A DNA stretch of 64,000 nt. Origin: Kiritimatiellia bacterium. GTDB taxonomy: Bacteria > Verrucomicrobiota > Kiritimatiellia > RFP12 > UBA3636. This document shows positions 1 through 7,460 of this stretch, one piece after another. The DNA lies in assembly GCA_050942875.1 (NCBI GenBank), contig JBMNOD010000005.1, forward strand, positions 5,471 to 69,470. The letters run 5' to 3'. A program made the translations under genes and the position numbers. Below the pieces are notes generated by a model, which worked only from the letters and a program-made list of their open reading frames with translations, made no database searches and was not told where the DNA came from. Each line of letters opens with the position of its first letter. Position 1 is the stretch's first letter.

Positions 1-233
1 ATTCGCCCGCGCGCCGCCATTCGCCCGCGCCCCGGCGCGGTGCGCTTTGGAAACAGGGGCACGGATCTTCCTGTCCGTGTTCGTCCACGGGTTGGAAAAC
101 CCGTGCCCCTTTGCCATTTGCCCGCGGAGACCGCGGTCTCCAGCGCCACGGTTTGTGATGGGCGAACGAAGCGCCGCACCGCTGGAGACCGCCGTCCCGG
201 CGGGTGCGGTTTTTGGGGGCAGCCCCTCAAGAA

Positions 234-379
234 CCCTTGGAAGAAACGGGCGACTCGACAAAGTTTGCGATAAAGCTCGACAAAGAAACTAGCCACTAGC
301 GACTCAATCGGGCAGGCGACGGAGCGGGTTCGAGACTGGTCGACAAGCGTTCCGAGACCACCCCGTCGCCTGTCCGATT
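234..379 (+). repeat. Composite intergenic element: CGA(C/T)AAAG boxes, two 7-nt-phased CTAG, and a long hairpin starting CAATCGGGC
   Basis: Boxes lie at 256-263, 268-275 and 278-285, and CTAG at 289 and 296. The hairpin arms are 306-322 (aatcgggcaggcgacgg) and 363-379 (ccgtcgcctgtccgatt), with one mismatch. About 45 nt (cc[t/c]tggaagaaac[g/a]ggcgactcgacaaag..ttgcgataaagct) and gcgactcaatcgggc recur in reverse complement at 22513-22603. Confidence 0.8.
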
Positions 380-423
380 ACCAAATGGTTCACTTTTCAT
401 GGAGAAGGGTGTAGAATAGGGGC

Positions 424-2067
424 ATGAAATCTGAAAAGTCACGAATGATCGGCATTGCCTTGGTTGCGTTGGCGCTGGCGGTCGGGGCGGCGAACGCGCC
501 GTTGCGGTTCAGCCAGACGGCGACGCTCGACTCAATCAAACTTCTTATGCCAATACTTCAGGGCGCTCGCGAGAATCCTCCCAAGCCGCTGGAAGTCTTC
601 CGCTACGAGTTCAGACGTGGCGGCGAGTCCTGGATCGAAGATCGTTGCAATGCGGTTGAGATCTGGGCCGAGAAGCAGTTTGTCGCCTGCTGGGTGGATC
701 CCCGGGGCAATGTCATGACCGTGGCGCGGATGCGCAAGACACTGCCGCCGGCGCTGCACGACATCCAAGTGACGCGCGACGCCTTTGACCGGGCGCTCGC
801 GGATTCGGCGTTTGACGTGTTGCCGGAGAGCGGCGCGGATGTGGTGACGTCCTGGATGGAGGCGTACTGCCGCTCCCGTTCCACTGGGGCTGCGGAGACG
901 ATCCGGATCAACACGTCGCGCCTTGCGGAGACATTGCAGATTCCCTTGGAGGATCCATTGACGCGCGCCTATGCGTTTCGGCTCAATCCCCGGTATCCAG
1001 GCCAGGCGAAGGCGGACCCCGGCTGGTTTGCCCTGGTGCTCAATTTGGCGGATCGACCGGATGGCGACACTGATCGGCAAATTCGCGACGGGTTGATCGG
1101 CGGGATCAAGAGCTCGGGGTTTTTCGACGGCACGCGCGCGACTTCGGCGAGGAAGAATCGCAGTCGGACCCCTGCGGCGGCAGTGCATGAGACCCCGGGG
1201 CGCGCCCGCGCTCGGGCAAGCATCGAGGCGATGGCCAACTGGTGGTACATGGATTCGCCCAACTACATCATGCTCTCCAACAACCAGGCCGCCGAGCAGT
1301 TCGCGGCGCGGATGCTCGACGAACTCGAGGGATTGCGTCCGTACTTCATGAAAGCTGTTCCGCCCTTTGGCGAGATTGAAGAAGCGGTCGGCGTGGTGCG
1401 CCTTTTCGAGAGCGACGCGGAATTCGTCTCCTATCTCCAGGGCGAGTTCGGGGCGCTTGATCCGAAGCGGACCGGCGGGGTCTTTTCCGGTTCGCGTCGC
1501 GAGCTGGTCATTCGGCCGACCACCTCGGCGGCCTCGAGTCGCGAAGGCTCGGTGCGGGACATCCTCAAGCACGAGGGTTTCCACCAGTACGTTTTTCTCG
1601 CGCTTTCCGGGAAGCATCCGTCGGTATGGTTCAACGAAGGTTTTGCGGGTTTCTTTGAGAATTGCGACGTCGGTCGCGGCTCGTCGGGTGTCGCCGTCGG
1701 CGAGTCCAGGCGCCATGCGAAGACGCTGGAGCAGATGGTCAAGGATCGGAACGTGGATTTGGAGTCGACGATGACCGCGTTTCTTGCGCTTGACTACCCT
1801 CAGTTCTATGCTGTTCCGGATCGCAATTACGCCTTGGCATGGGGCGTCGTCTATTATCTCATGCGCGGGGCGCCGCTGGAGCGTGGTCAGCCGTATGCGA
1901 ATGTGATCTCCGCGTATCTGGCGGAGCTGGATCGCAGTGGCGACCCTGGCCGTGCGACGGCCGCTGCCTTTGCCGACGTGGACATGAAGAAGTTTTGCGA
2001 CGACTTTTCGTCGTTCTGGCGGACAACGAAGAAGCGGCAGGATGCCTTGAGAAAGCCGTGGCGTTGA
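424..2067 (+). CDS. Secreted putative zinc metallopeptidase (DUF1570 / peptidase-MA-like)
   Basis: 547-aa ORF with GC-rich third positions and an N-terminal signal-like segment (IGIALVALALAVGAANA). It has an HExxH motif in ILKHEGFHQY. The family was recognised from memory, not searched. Confidence 0.55.
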   Translation: MKSEKSRMIGIALVALALAVGAANAPLRFSQTATLDSIKLLMPILQGARENPPKPLEVFRYEFRRGGESWIEDRCNAVEIWAEKQFVACWVDPRGNVMTVARMRKTLPPALHDIQVTRDAFDRALADSAFDVLPESGADVVTSWMEAYCRSRSTGAAETIRINTSRLAETLQIPLEDPLTRAYAFRLNPRYPGQAKADPGWFALVLNLADRPDGDTDRQIRDGLIGGIKSSGFFDGTRATSARKNRSRTPAAAVHETPGRARARASIEAMANWWYMDSPNYIMLSNNQAAEQFAARMLDELEGLRPYFMKAVPPFGEIEEAVGVVRLFESDAEFVSYLQGEFGALDPKRTGGVFSGSRRELVIRPTTSAASSREGSVRDILKHEGFHQYVFLALSGKHPSVWFNEGFAGFFENCDVGRGSSGVAVGESRRHAKTLEQMVKDRNVDLESTMTAFLALDYPQFYAVPDRNYALAWGVVYYLMRGAPLERGQPYANVISAYLAELDRSGDPGRATAAAFADVDMKKFCDDFSSFWRTTKKRQDALRKPWR

Positions 2068-2068
2068 G

Positions 2069-2620
2069 TTGAGCCTGTTTGGAGCATCGCCGAGACCCGC
2101 GCCTGAGGCGCTTGAAACAGTCGTCTCGACTTACGAGCGTCAGTTGCTGGTCTATGTCACCCGCATCACGGGCAATGCCTCGATGGCGGAGGACATTGTG
2201 CAGGAGACCTTCATCAAGCTTGCGGGCCGCTGGCGCGGGCCGCTGGAGCCGGGGCCCCAGGTTTCGGCGTGGCTTTACAAGGTGGCGTACAATGGGGCGA
2301 TCGACGTGCTCCGGCGAGAACGGCGTCGCGGAGCGCTGCATCGGAGCTTTGCCGAGGAGGTCGACGAGACGGTGCCGCCGACTGAAGGGCAGGGGGGCGG
2401 CACGCTTTCGCATGAGGCGCAACGGGTGCGCGACGCGCTTGACGCCCTGTCTGAACGGGAGCGGGCGCTTGTCGTGCTGAAAGTCTATGAGGAACGTTCC
2501 TACAAGGAGATTGCCGAGATCGCGGGTTTGAGCGTGAGCAATGTGGGGTTTGTTCTCCACACGGCGATGAAGAAGCTCGCCGCGAGCCTGGAGAAGGGAG
2601 GTGCGGACGATGTCAGATGA
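2069..2620 (+). CDS. ECF-type RNA polymerase sigma-70 family factor
   Basis: TTG start 2 nt after the upstream stop. Region 2 is (EDIVQETFIKL ... WLYKVAYNGAIDVLRRE) and the region 4 HTH is (SYKEIAEIAGLSVSNVGFVLHTAMKKL). Confidence 0.85.
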   Translation: MSLFGASPRPAPEALETVVSTYERQLLVYVTRITGNASMAEDIVQETFIKLAGRWRGPLEPGPQVSAWLYKVAYNGAIDVLRRERRRGALHRSFAEEVDETVPPTEGQGGGTLSHEAQRVRDALDALSERERALVVLKVYEERSYKEIAEIAGLSVSNVGFVLHTAMKKLAASLEKGGADDVR

Positions 2621-3287
2621 ACGAGACGGAAAGGTCCTGAAGCGCCAAGGCCATGTCATGGACTGCGAGACGATTCGCAGGCAGCTCTTCGACTATTTGT
2701 CGCATGAGTTGGCGTCGGCGCCATCGACGCTGGTTCGCGAGCATTTGCGCCGTTGTCCGGCTTGTTCGGAAGAGGCGGCTCGGATCCAGAAGGCGGTTGA
2801 TGCGCTCCGCAGCCACGATCCTGGCGAGGACGCTGCGTCCGCCTTCGAGGGGCGGCGTCGGCGTCGGTTGCTTTGGCTCATGGCGCATCCATTCATTGCG
2901 GCGTGTCTTCGCCATCATGTGGCGGTGTCGATTATCGTGGCGATTGTGGTTTTGCTGGTTGGAACGCTTGTGGTGGTTCGCGTTTCCCGGATGGGCGAGC
3001 CGCCGAAGGCAATGCCTCCGGTGGAGTTGATTCTCAATGGCGTTGAGGAGCCTGATGCTCCTCCGCTCATCGACGTGCCGACCGTGCCGGTTCACGGCGA
3101 TCCGCCCACGCTGACGCCCGAAGGGCTTGGCGATCTGGTGGTTCCGGCGCCGGAGGTGCCGAGCGGCAAGGGCTCGGAAAGTCCGAAGTCCGAAGTCCAA
3201 GGTCCAAGGTCCAAAGTCCAGTCGATCCGACTGATTGGACCGATTGGGCCGATTGGACTGATCGGGCTAATCCTGAAGAACATTTGA
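2610..3287 (+). CDS. Anti-sigma factor (zf-HC2 type, single-pass membrane)
   Basis: Overlaps the sigma gene stop. The motif VREHLRRCPACSEE (H-x3-C-x2-C) and one TM helix (VAVSIIVAIVVLLVGTLVVV) are present. ATG 2610 is preferred over GTG 2601 because GGAGG sits at 2596-2600. The last ~35 codons are encoded by microsatellite repeats. Confidence 0.7.
   Translation: MSDERDGKVLKRQGHVMDCETIRRQLFDYLSHELASAPSTLVREHLRRCPACSEEAARIQKAVDALRSHDPGEDAASAFEGRRRRRLLWLMAHPFIAACLRHHVAVSIIVAIVVLLVGTLVVVRVSRMGEPPKAMPPVELILNGVEEPDAPPLIDVPTVPVHGDPPTLTPEGLGDLVVPAPEVPSGKGSESPKSEVQGPRSKVQSIRLIGPIGPIGLIGLILKNI
3181..3275. repeat. Microsatellite block: six 7-nt units (GTCCGAA/GTCCAAG/GTCCAAA) followed by about five 9-nt units (CYGATYGGR)
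   Basis: Read directly: gtccgaa gtccgaa gtccaag gtccaag gtccaaa gtccagt (3181-3222), then ctgattgga ccgattggg ccgattgga ctgatcggg. It lies inside the 3' end of the anti-sigma CDS. Confidence 0.9.
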
Positions 3288-3340
3288 AGTGACCTTTCAG
3301 GCCACGATGCCTCGCGTTCCCGGGGCGGCGAGGTGGGCGA

Positions 3341-3425
3341 GGGTGGCGACACGCGGCGGGGACGCCGCGTCCACGGCGCTGCGATGAAATACCGATCAGT
3401 CGGATCAGACCGATTTGTCGGATCT
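3341..3425. repeat. REP-like ~85-nt element with perfect hairpin ACGCGGCG-GGGA-CGCCGCGT (3351-3370)
   Basis: agggtggcga[c/a]acgcggcggggacgccgcg[t/c]ccac plus a gatc[a/g]gtc[g/t]gatc[a/c]gac tail is shared with 14262-14340. The hairpin recurs inverted at 44172-44191. Confidence 0.8.
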
Positions 3426-3427
3426 TC

Positions 3428-3504
3428 TTTTCGACAAAGTTCGCGGCAATGCACGCGACAAAGTTGCCCTGCGGCTTCCCTAGCCGCTAGCCCCTAGCCG
3501 CTAC
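3428..3504. repeat. CGACAAAG boxes (3432-3439, 3456-3463) plus four 7-nt-phased CTA(G) units (3480, 3487, 3494, 3501)
   Basis: Read directly. The last CTA is the stop codon (TAG on the minus strand) of the HD gene. Confidence 0.85.
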
Positions 3505-4307
3505 AGGTAGCGCTTGCGGGGTTCGCCTGTGACGCCGGCGTAGAGCTCGACATGCTGCTTGGCGGGGCTGGAGTCGATTTTGGAGATGAGCACCTCCTCG
3601 ATCTGGAAGAAGCCGACTTCGCCGGACATTTCCACATCGATGAGGATGGGTTTTTCGGCGCCGGCGCGGATGCCGACCCGTTTGATCGAGTTGGCGGAAT
3701 ATTTGTGGATGTCGCCGATTTTCGGCGTGGTGTTGAGGATCATCGGGATGCGCGCGCGTCCCTGGGTCATGTCGCAGCCATCGGCCACGAGGATGACGCC
3801 GGCTTCCAGCGAATCGATGTGCCGGGTGCCCATATGCCCCACGATGCCTTCCAGCGCGGTGGCGCGGATGACGACCCGGCGCTGGAGGTCGTCGGGGATG
3901 CTTTTTTCGAGTGCGCGATCGATGATTGGCAGGGTGAGCCAGGTGGCGAAGACTTCATGGCCGTCGCGTCCGATCATCATGCCCACGTCGTGGAGGAAGG
4001 CGGCGAGGAAGACGGCGCAGAGGCTGTCGTCGTAGTTGCCGGCGCCTTCGGTTTCGAGGCTTGTCTTGATGCCGGCCTTGCGCAGAAGTTCGAGCATGCG
4101 GATGGCGTTGTAGGTGACGAGGCGCATGTGGACGGGGCCATGGTCGTTGTAGCCGAGGCGCCGGATCGAGACGGTGTTCGCATGTTCTTGCATGGCATGC
4201 AGTTCCTGGTCCGCGAAGAGCGCAAGCATGAGGGCGTGGCAGGGCGAGTCCCGGGGGATGGAGGCGGCGATCTTGCGATCGAGTGCGCTTTCTTTGGGGG
4301 AGATCAT
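3501..4307 (-). CDS. HD-domain metal-dependent phosphohydrolase
   Basis: 268-aa ORF with H...HD signature (GPVHMRLV, AAFLHDVGMM) and a later acidic motif (ILVADGCDM). It begins 12 nt downstream of the DUF262 gene on the same strand. Confidence 0.65.
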   Translation of the reverse strand: MISPKESALDRKIAASIPRDSPCHALMLALFADQELHAMQEHANTVSIRRLGYNDHGPVHMRLVTYNAIRMLELLRKAGIKTSLETEGAGNYDDSLCAVFLAAFLHDVGMMIGRDGHEVFATWLTLPIIDRALEKSIPDDLQRRVVIRATALEGIVGHMGTRHIDSLEAGVILVADGCDMTQGRARIPMILNTTPKIGDIHKYSANSIKRVGIRAGAEKPILIDVEMSGEVGFFQIEEVLISKIDSSPAKQHVELYAGVTGEPRKRYL

Positions 4308-4319
4308 GGCAGGAGCCTT

Positions 4320-5459
4320 TCAACGTAAAGGGAGGGGTTGGGGCCAGCGCGTGGCCACGTAATGGACAAGGTCGGGGCCGAGCATCTCGATCGTCTGGGC
4401 GCCGCTGCGCACAAAGAGCCGCTTGTCGAGATAGACGGGCCGGGGCGCGGGCTTGACGCGGACGAGGCACACGTCGCGATCCATCGCCCTGCGTCGTTCG
4501 ATTGTGTAGAGGAGAAATGGGTTTTCGGCGGAGAGGCGCGTGCGCAACATGTTGTTGAGAAAGAGGAAGAAGCCGTCCCAGCTGCTCTTGCCGCGGTCAA
4601 CGATCGGATAGTCGGGGTCGACGCCGCGGATGGAGCCGTCGTCGCGCACGCCGATGAGGAGCGCGCCGCCGGAGAGGCTGTTCATGAACCCCGCCACGGA
4701 GCGGGCGATGGCCGCGCTTCCGGAGAGATCCTGTCGGTCTCGGTTGACCACCGATTCCTTGAATTCGACTTCCTGCGATTCGCCGCCGGCGATGATGCCC
4801 ATGAGCTCGGGATCGCGGGAAAAGCGGATGTATTCGTTGAGGCCCTGGCGGGTGAAGTCTTCGTCGGGGGCGTTGAGCAGCTTGAAGACGGGGTAGGGAT
4901 CTTCGTCGCGCGCAAGGGAGATGTGGATGAAGGTGAATTCGCGGAGCAGTCTGTCGCGGTGCCGTTCGAGCGACGCCTGATTGTCGTCGGCGAATGCTTC
5001 GAGGTTGAACTTGTAGGCTCGCAGCAGTGGACAGGCGGGCGAGGGGGGAGGGCTGCCGAGGACGAGGGATTCGAACGTGGCGCGATCTTTCTTGTGGACG
5101 ATGAGTTTGAAGCGCCAGCGGCGGCTGGGGTCCACCGAGAGAAAGCAGGTGTCGTTGATGGCCGCCGTGGCCGAGGGGTCGAATTGGGCGAGGGTGTCGC
5201 GGACGGCGAGCAGTGCGACCAAGACGGTTGTGACACGGTGGTTGCCATCGACGAGCAGTCCTTTTTGGGCGTTTTCATTTTCGGCGATGTCCATGGTGAC
5301 CACGGCGCGCAGGAAGAGCTTTTTGTCGTCGCCTCGGCAACCGGCGAGCACGGAGGCGCAGGCTCCACGCACCCAGGCGTAGGGACGCTGGAAGGACGGC
5401 GCGACCAAAGTCACGTCGCCGGAGAAAAGCTGTTCGACTGTTACTTCGCGCGCCTGCAT
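4320..5459 (-). CDS. DUF262 (ParB/GmrSD N-terminal-like) fused to an AlbA_2 / Schlafen-type DNA-binding domain
   Basis: The N-terminus has FQRPYAW and VDGNHRVTT (a variant of the DGQQR motif). The C-terminus has ESQEVEFKES ... GGALLIGVRDDGSIRGVD, typical of AlbA_2. There is no DUF1524/HNH part. Confidence 0.65.
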   Translation of the reverse strand: MQAREVTVEQLFSGDVTLVAPSFQRPYAWVRGACASVLAGCRGDDKKLFLRAVVTMDIAENENAQKGLLVDGNHRVTTVLVALLAVRDTLAQFDPSATAAINDTCFLSVDPSRRWRFKLIVHKKDRATFESLVLGSPPPSPACPLLRAYKFNLEAFADDNQASLERHRDRLLREFTFIHISLARDEDPYPVFKLLNAPDEDFTRQGLNEYIRFSRDPELMGIIAGGESQEVEFKESVVNRDRQDLSGSAAIARSVAGFMNSLSGGALLIGVRDDGSIRGVDPDYPIVDRGKSSWDGFFLFLNNMLRTRLSAENPFLLYTIERRRAMDRDVCLVRVKPAPRPVYLDKRLFVRSGAQTIEMLGPDLVHYVATRWPQPLPLR

Positions 5460-5502
5460 GGTGTGTCATCTGCCGCTGAAGCATGACGTGGAATCCAACA
5501 CC

Positions 5503-5931
5503 CTACTCTGTTCCCGGGCTTTTCTGGAGGACGAAGATGTGTTTTGCGCCGCGGCGGCCGCCGCCGAAGCCGCCGATGATGACGGGGGAGTCGCCTTGGA
5601 GCGTGACGGCGGTGGAGAGAAGCATTTTGCGGTGCTTCTGGATGGTGATGCCGATGGCGTTTTCGGGGAGGGTCGAGCAAACGACGGTATAGCCGCGGCG
5701 GAAGGCGAGCGTGGCGTTGGGGGGCATCATGCAGCCTTGCTGGTCGACGAGGACGCAGCCGGCGTAGGGGAGGTTGCGGCGGATGATGGCGGCGATGTTT
5801 TCAAGGCCGGGCGTGACGGCTCCGTCGCCCGTGAGCTTCACGAGGCGGATGTTGAGCATCGGCTGTGCGGCGAAGCCGACAGCGGCGGTCAGCAGGAGCG
5901 CTGCGGTGAGGAGGGAGGCTGGTTTTTTCAT
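5503..5931 (-). CDS. Small secreted protein of unknown function (142 aa)
   Basis: Internal ATG at 5929-5931 of the long ORF 5503..6684. Signal peptide MKKPASLLTAALLLTAAVGFAAQP. An ATGA overlap with the upstream anti-sigma stop (5928-5931) suggests translational coupling. Confidence 0.55.
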   Translation of the reverse strand: MKKPASLLTAALLLTAAVGFAAQPMLNIRLVKLTGDGAVTPGLENIAAIIRRNLPYAGCVLVDQQGCMMPPNATLAFRRGYTVVCSTLPENAIGITIQKHRKMLLSTAVTLQGDSPVIIGGFGGGRRGAKHIFVLQKSPGTE

Positions 5932-6269
5932 GTCTCCTCCGTCGTGATGATCCAAAGAATGGTGGCGTCGGTGTTTTTGTCGGTGATGATCAATGCGCCG
6001 TTGTTGGGCAGCTCGGAACCAATTTGGAATTTGTTGAGGGCAGGGGTTTGGGTGTTGGGCCCGCGCGAGACGCCGACGAGGATGGCGGCGGCCGCGGCGG
6101 CGCCCGCGATGCCGGCGACCCACGCAGGCGCGAGCCGGCGGGGGAGGGCGCGTGCGCGGTCGTGGGCACGGGCCTGGCGCTCGGCGTCCGCCCAGAAGGC
6201 TTCGGCGGATCGCAGGGCGATGTCGGGCGCGCTTGTGCGCAGGAGGGATTTGAGGGTGTCGTCGTTCAT
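5928..6269 (-). CDS. Putative anti-sigma factor (single TM, 113 aa)
   Basis: Lies immediately downstream of the ECF sigma gene. It has one hydrophobic helix (WVAGIAGAAAAAAILVGV) and GC3-rich codons. Confidence 0.5.
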   Translation of the reverse strand: MNDDTLKSLLRTSAPDIALRSAEAFWADAERQARAHDRARALPRRLAPAWVAGIAGAAAAAAILVGVSRGPNTQTPALNKFQIGSELPNNGALIITDKNTDATILWIITTEET

Positions 6270-6271
6270 GG

Positions 6272-6850
6272 CTAGAGAATGTCCTGTCGGTGCTGTTCGA
6301 GAAGCTTGGAGAGTTTCGCTTTGGCGTGGTGGAGCCGCGACATGACGGTTCCGATGGAGATGCCGAGGGTTTCGGCGATTTCGGAGTATTGGAAGTCCTG
6401 GTAGTAGAAAAGGACGAGCGGGGTGCGGTGATGTTCGGGGAGTTTCTGGAGGCTTGCTTCGATGATCCGGGCGCGTTCTTCGTCTTGCAGCTGCTGGGCG
6501 GGGTGCTGGGCCGCGTCGTCGCGGATGGAGGCGATGTTGGCGGCGGATTCGTCGTCGTCGGCGGAGACTTCCTTTCGGGACTTGATCTTGCGGAGATGGT
6601 CGAGGGCGGCGTACCGGGCGATGCTGAAGAGCCAGGTCCGGTAGGAGGATTTCCCACTGAAGGAGCCGATCGCCTTCCAGGCATTGAGGGTCGCCGTCAT
6701 GAAGACGTCTTCGGCAGCATCCTCGCCGGTGAGTCTGACCAAGAACTCGCAGGCGCTTCTGCGATGGGGCTCGGTCAGGTCGGCGAATGCTTTGAAGTCG
6801 CCTTGCCGGGCCTTTTCCAGAAGCTGGTTTTCCGTTGGGTTCGTGGACAT
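6272..6850 (-). CDS. ECF-type RNA polymerase sigma factor
   Basis: Region 2 is (EDVFMTATLNAWKAIGSF ... WLFSIARYAALDHLRK) and the region 4 HTH is (QYSEIAETLGISIGTVMSRLHHAKAKL). Confidence 0.85.
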   Translation of the reverse strand: MSTNPTENQLLEKARQGDFKAFADLTEPHRRSACEFLVRLTGEDAAEDVFMTATLNAWKAIGSFSGKSSYRTWLFSIARYAALDHLRKIKSRKEVSADDDESAANIASIRDDAAQHPAQQLQDEERARIIEASLQKLPEHHRTPLVLFYYQDFQYSEIAETLGISIGTVMSRLHHAKAKLSKLLEQHRQDIL

Positions 6851-6875
6851 GAGTTAGACGTTTCCTTGGCGGGGT

Positions 6876-7460
6876 TTATTCACTGGAATCATCGCCGCAT
6901 TGGGTTGGGCGGCGCGTTTCGATGTCCAGAACATGGTCGATGGCCTCGGGAAGACCGGGAAAACAGGGCACGTCGTGGGCGTGTGCGTAGTCGAGCGCGT
7001 CGGGGCGGTAGTTGCCGTCGGGAAGTCCGACGAGGATGGCGCCGACGTCGGCGGCGAGGCCGCATTCAATGTCGGAGCGTTTGTCGCCGATGACGTGGCA
7101 GCGGGCGGGGTCGAGGCCGTCGGCCTCGATCCGTTCGAGCACGTAGGCGGGGGAGGGCTTGCGGTAGCGCGAGGGCTGGTCGGGTCTTTCGGGGGCGATG
7201 CAGATGCCGTGAAAGCCGGGCGGGGGCAGCTCGAGCAGCTCGAGCGTGCGGCGGTTGCAGGCCTCGGCCTCGGCGAGCGTGTAGTAGCCGCGGCCGATGC
7301 CGCTTTGGTTGGTGACCAGGTAGAGCCGGAAGGCGGCGGCCGCTTTGCGGAGGGCGTCTGCGACGCCGGGGAGCAGCGTGATCTGATCGGGGTTGCCGAT
7401 GTAGCCGAGGTCGCGCACGATCGTGTCGTCGCGGTCGAGGAACAGCGCGGCGCGCGTCAT
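6876..7460 (-). CDS. gmhB: D-glycero-D-manno-heptose 1,7-bisphosphate phosphatase (HAD-IIIA)
   Basis: Motifs: FLDRDDTI (DxD), LVTNQSGIGRGY, RKPSP, VIGDKRSDIECG. It overlaps the heptose kinase gene by 4 nt. Confidence 0.8.
   Translation of the reverse strand: MTRAALFLDRDDTIVRDLGYIGNPDQITLLPGVADALRKAAAAFRLYLVTNQSGIGRGYYTLAEAEACNRRTLELLELPPPGFHGICIAPERPDQPSRYRKPSPAYVLERIEADGLDPARCHVIGDKRSDIECGLAADVGAILVGLPDGNYRPDALDYAHAHDVPCFPGLPEAIDHVLDIETRRPTQCGDDSSE

Noticed and set aside
40-292. ORFs at the window start (40..273, 47..292).
   Set aside because: They lie entirely in hairpin- and word-repeat-rich intergenic DNA (for example cccgcggagaccgcggtctcc and the CGACAAAG boxes), and their translations are low-complexity.
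320-362. A tRNA-like remnant (gggttcgagac resembles a T-arm GGTTCGA) in the loop of the 306-379 hairpin.
   Set aside because: No matching T-stem, anticodon arm or acceptor stem could be folded. The resemblance is limited to 7 nt.
412-426. Leaderless mRNA for the DUF1570-like gene (TAGAAT at 412-417, only 6 nt before ATG 424).
   Set aside because: The -35 (TTCACT) is weak and I cannot verify a transcription start. I note it but do not call it a feature.
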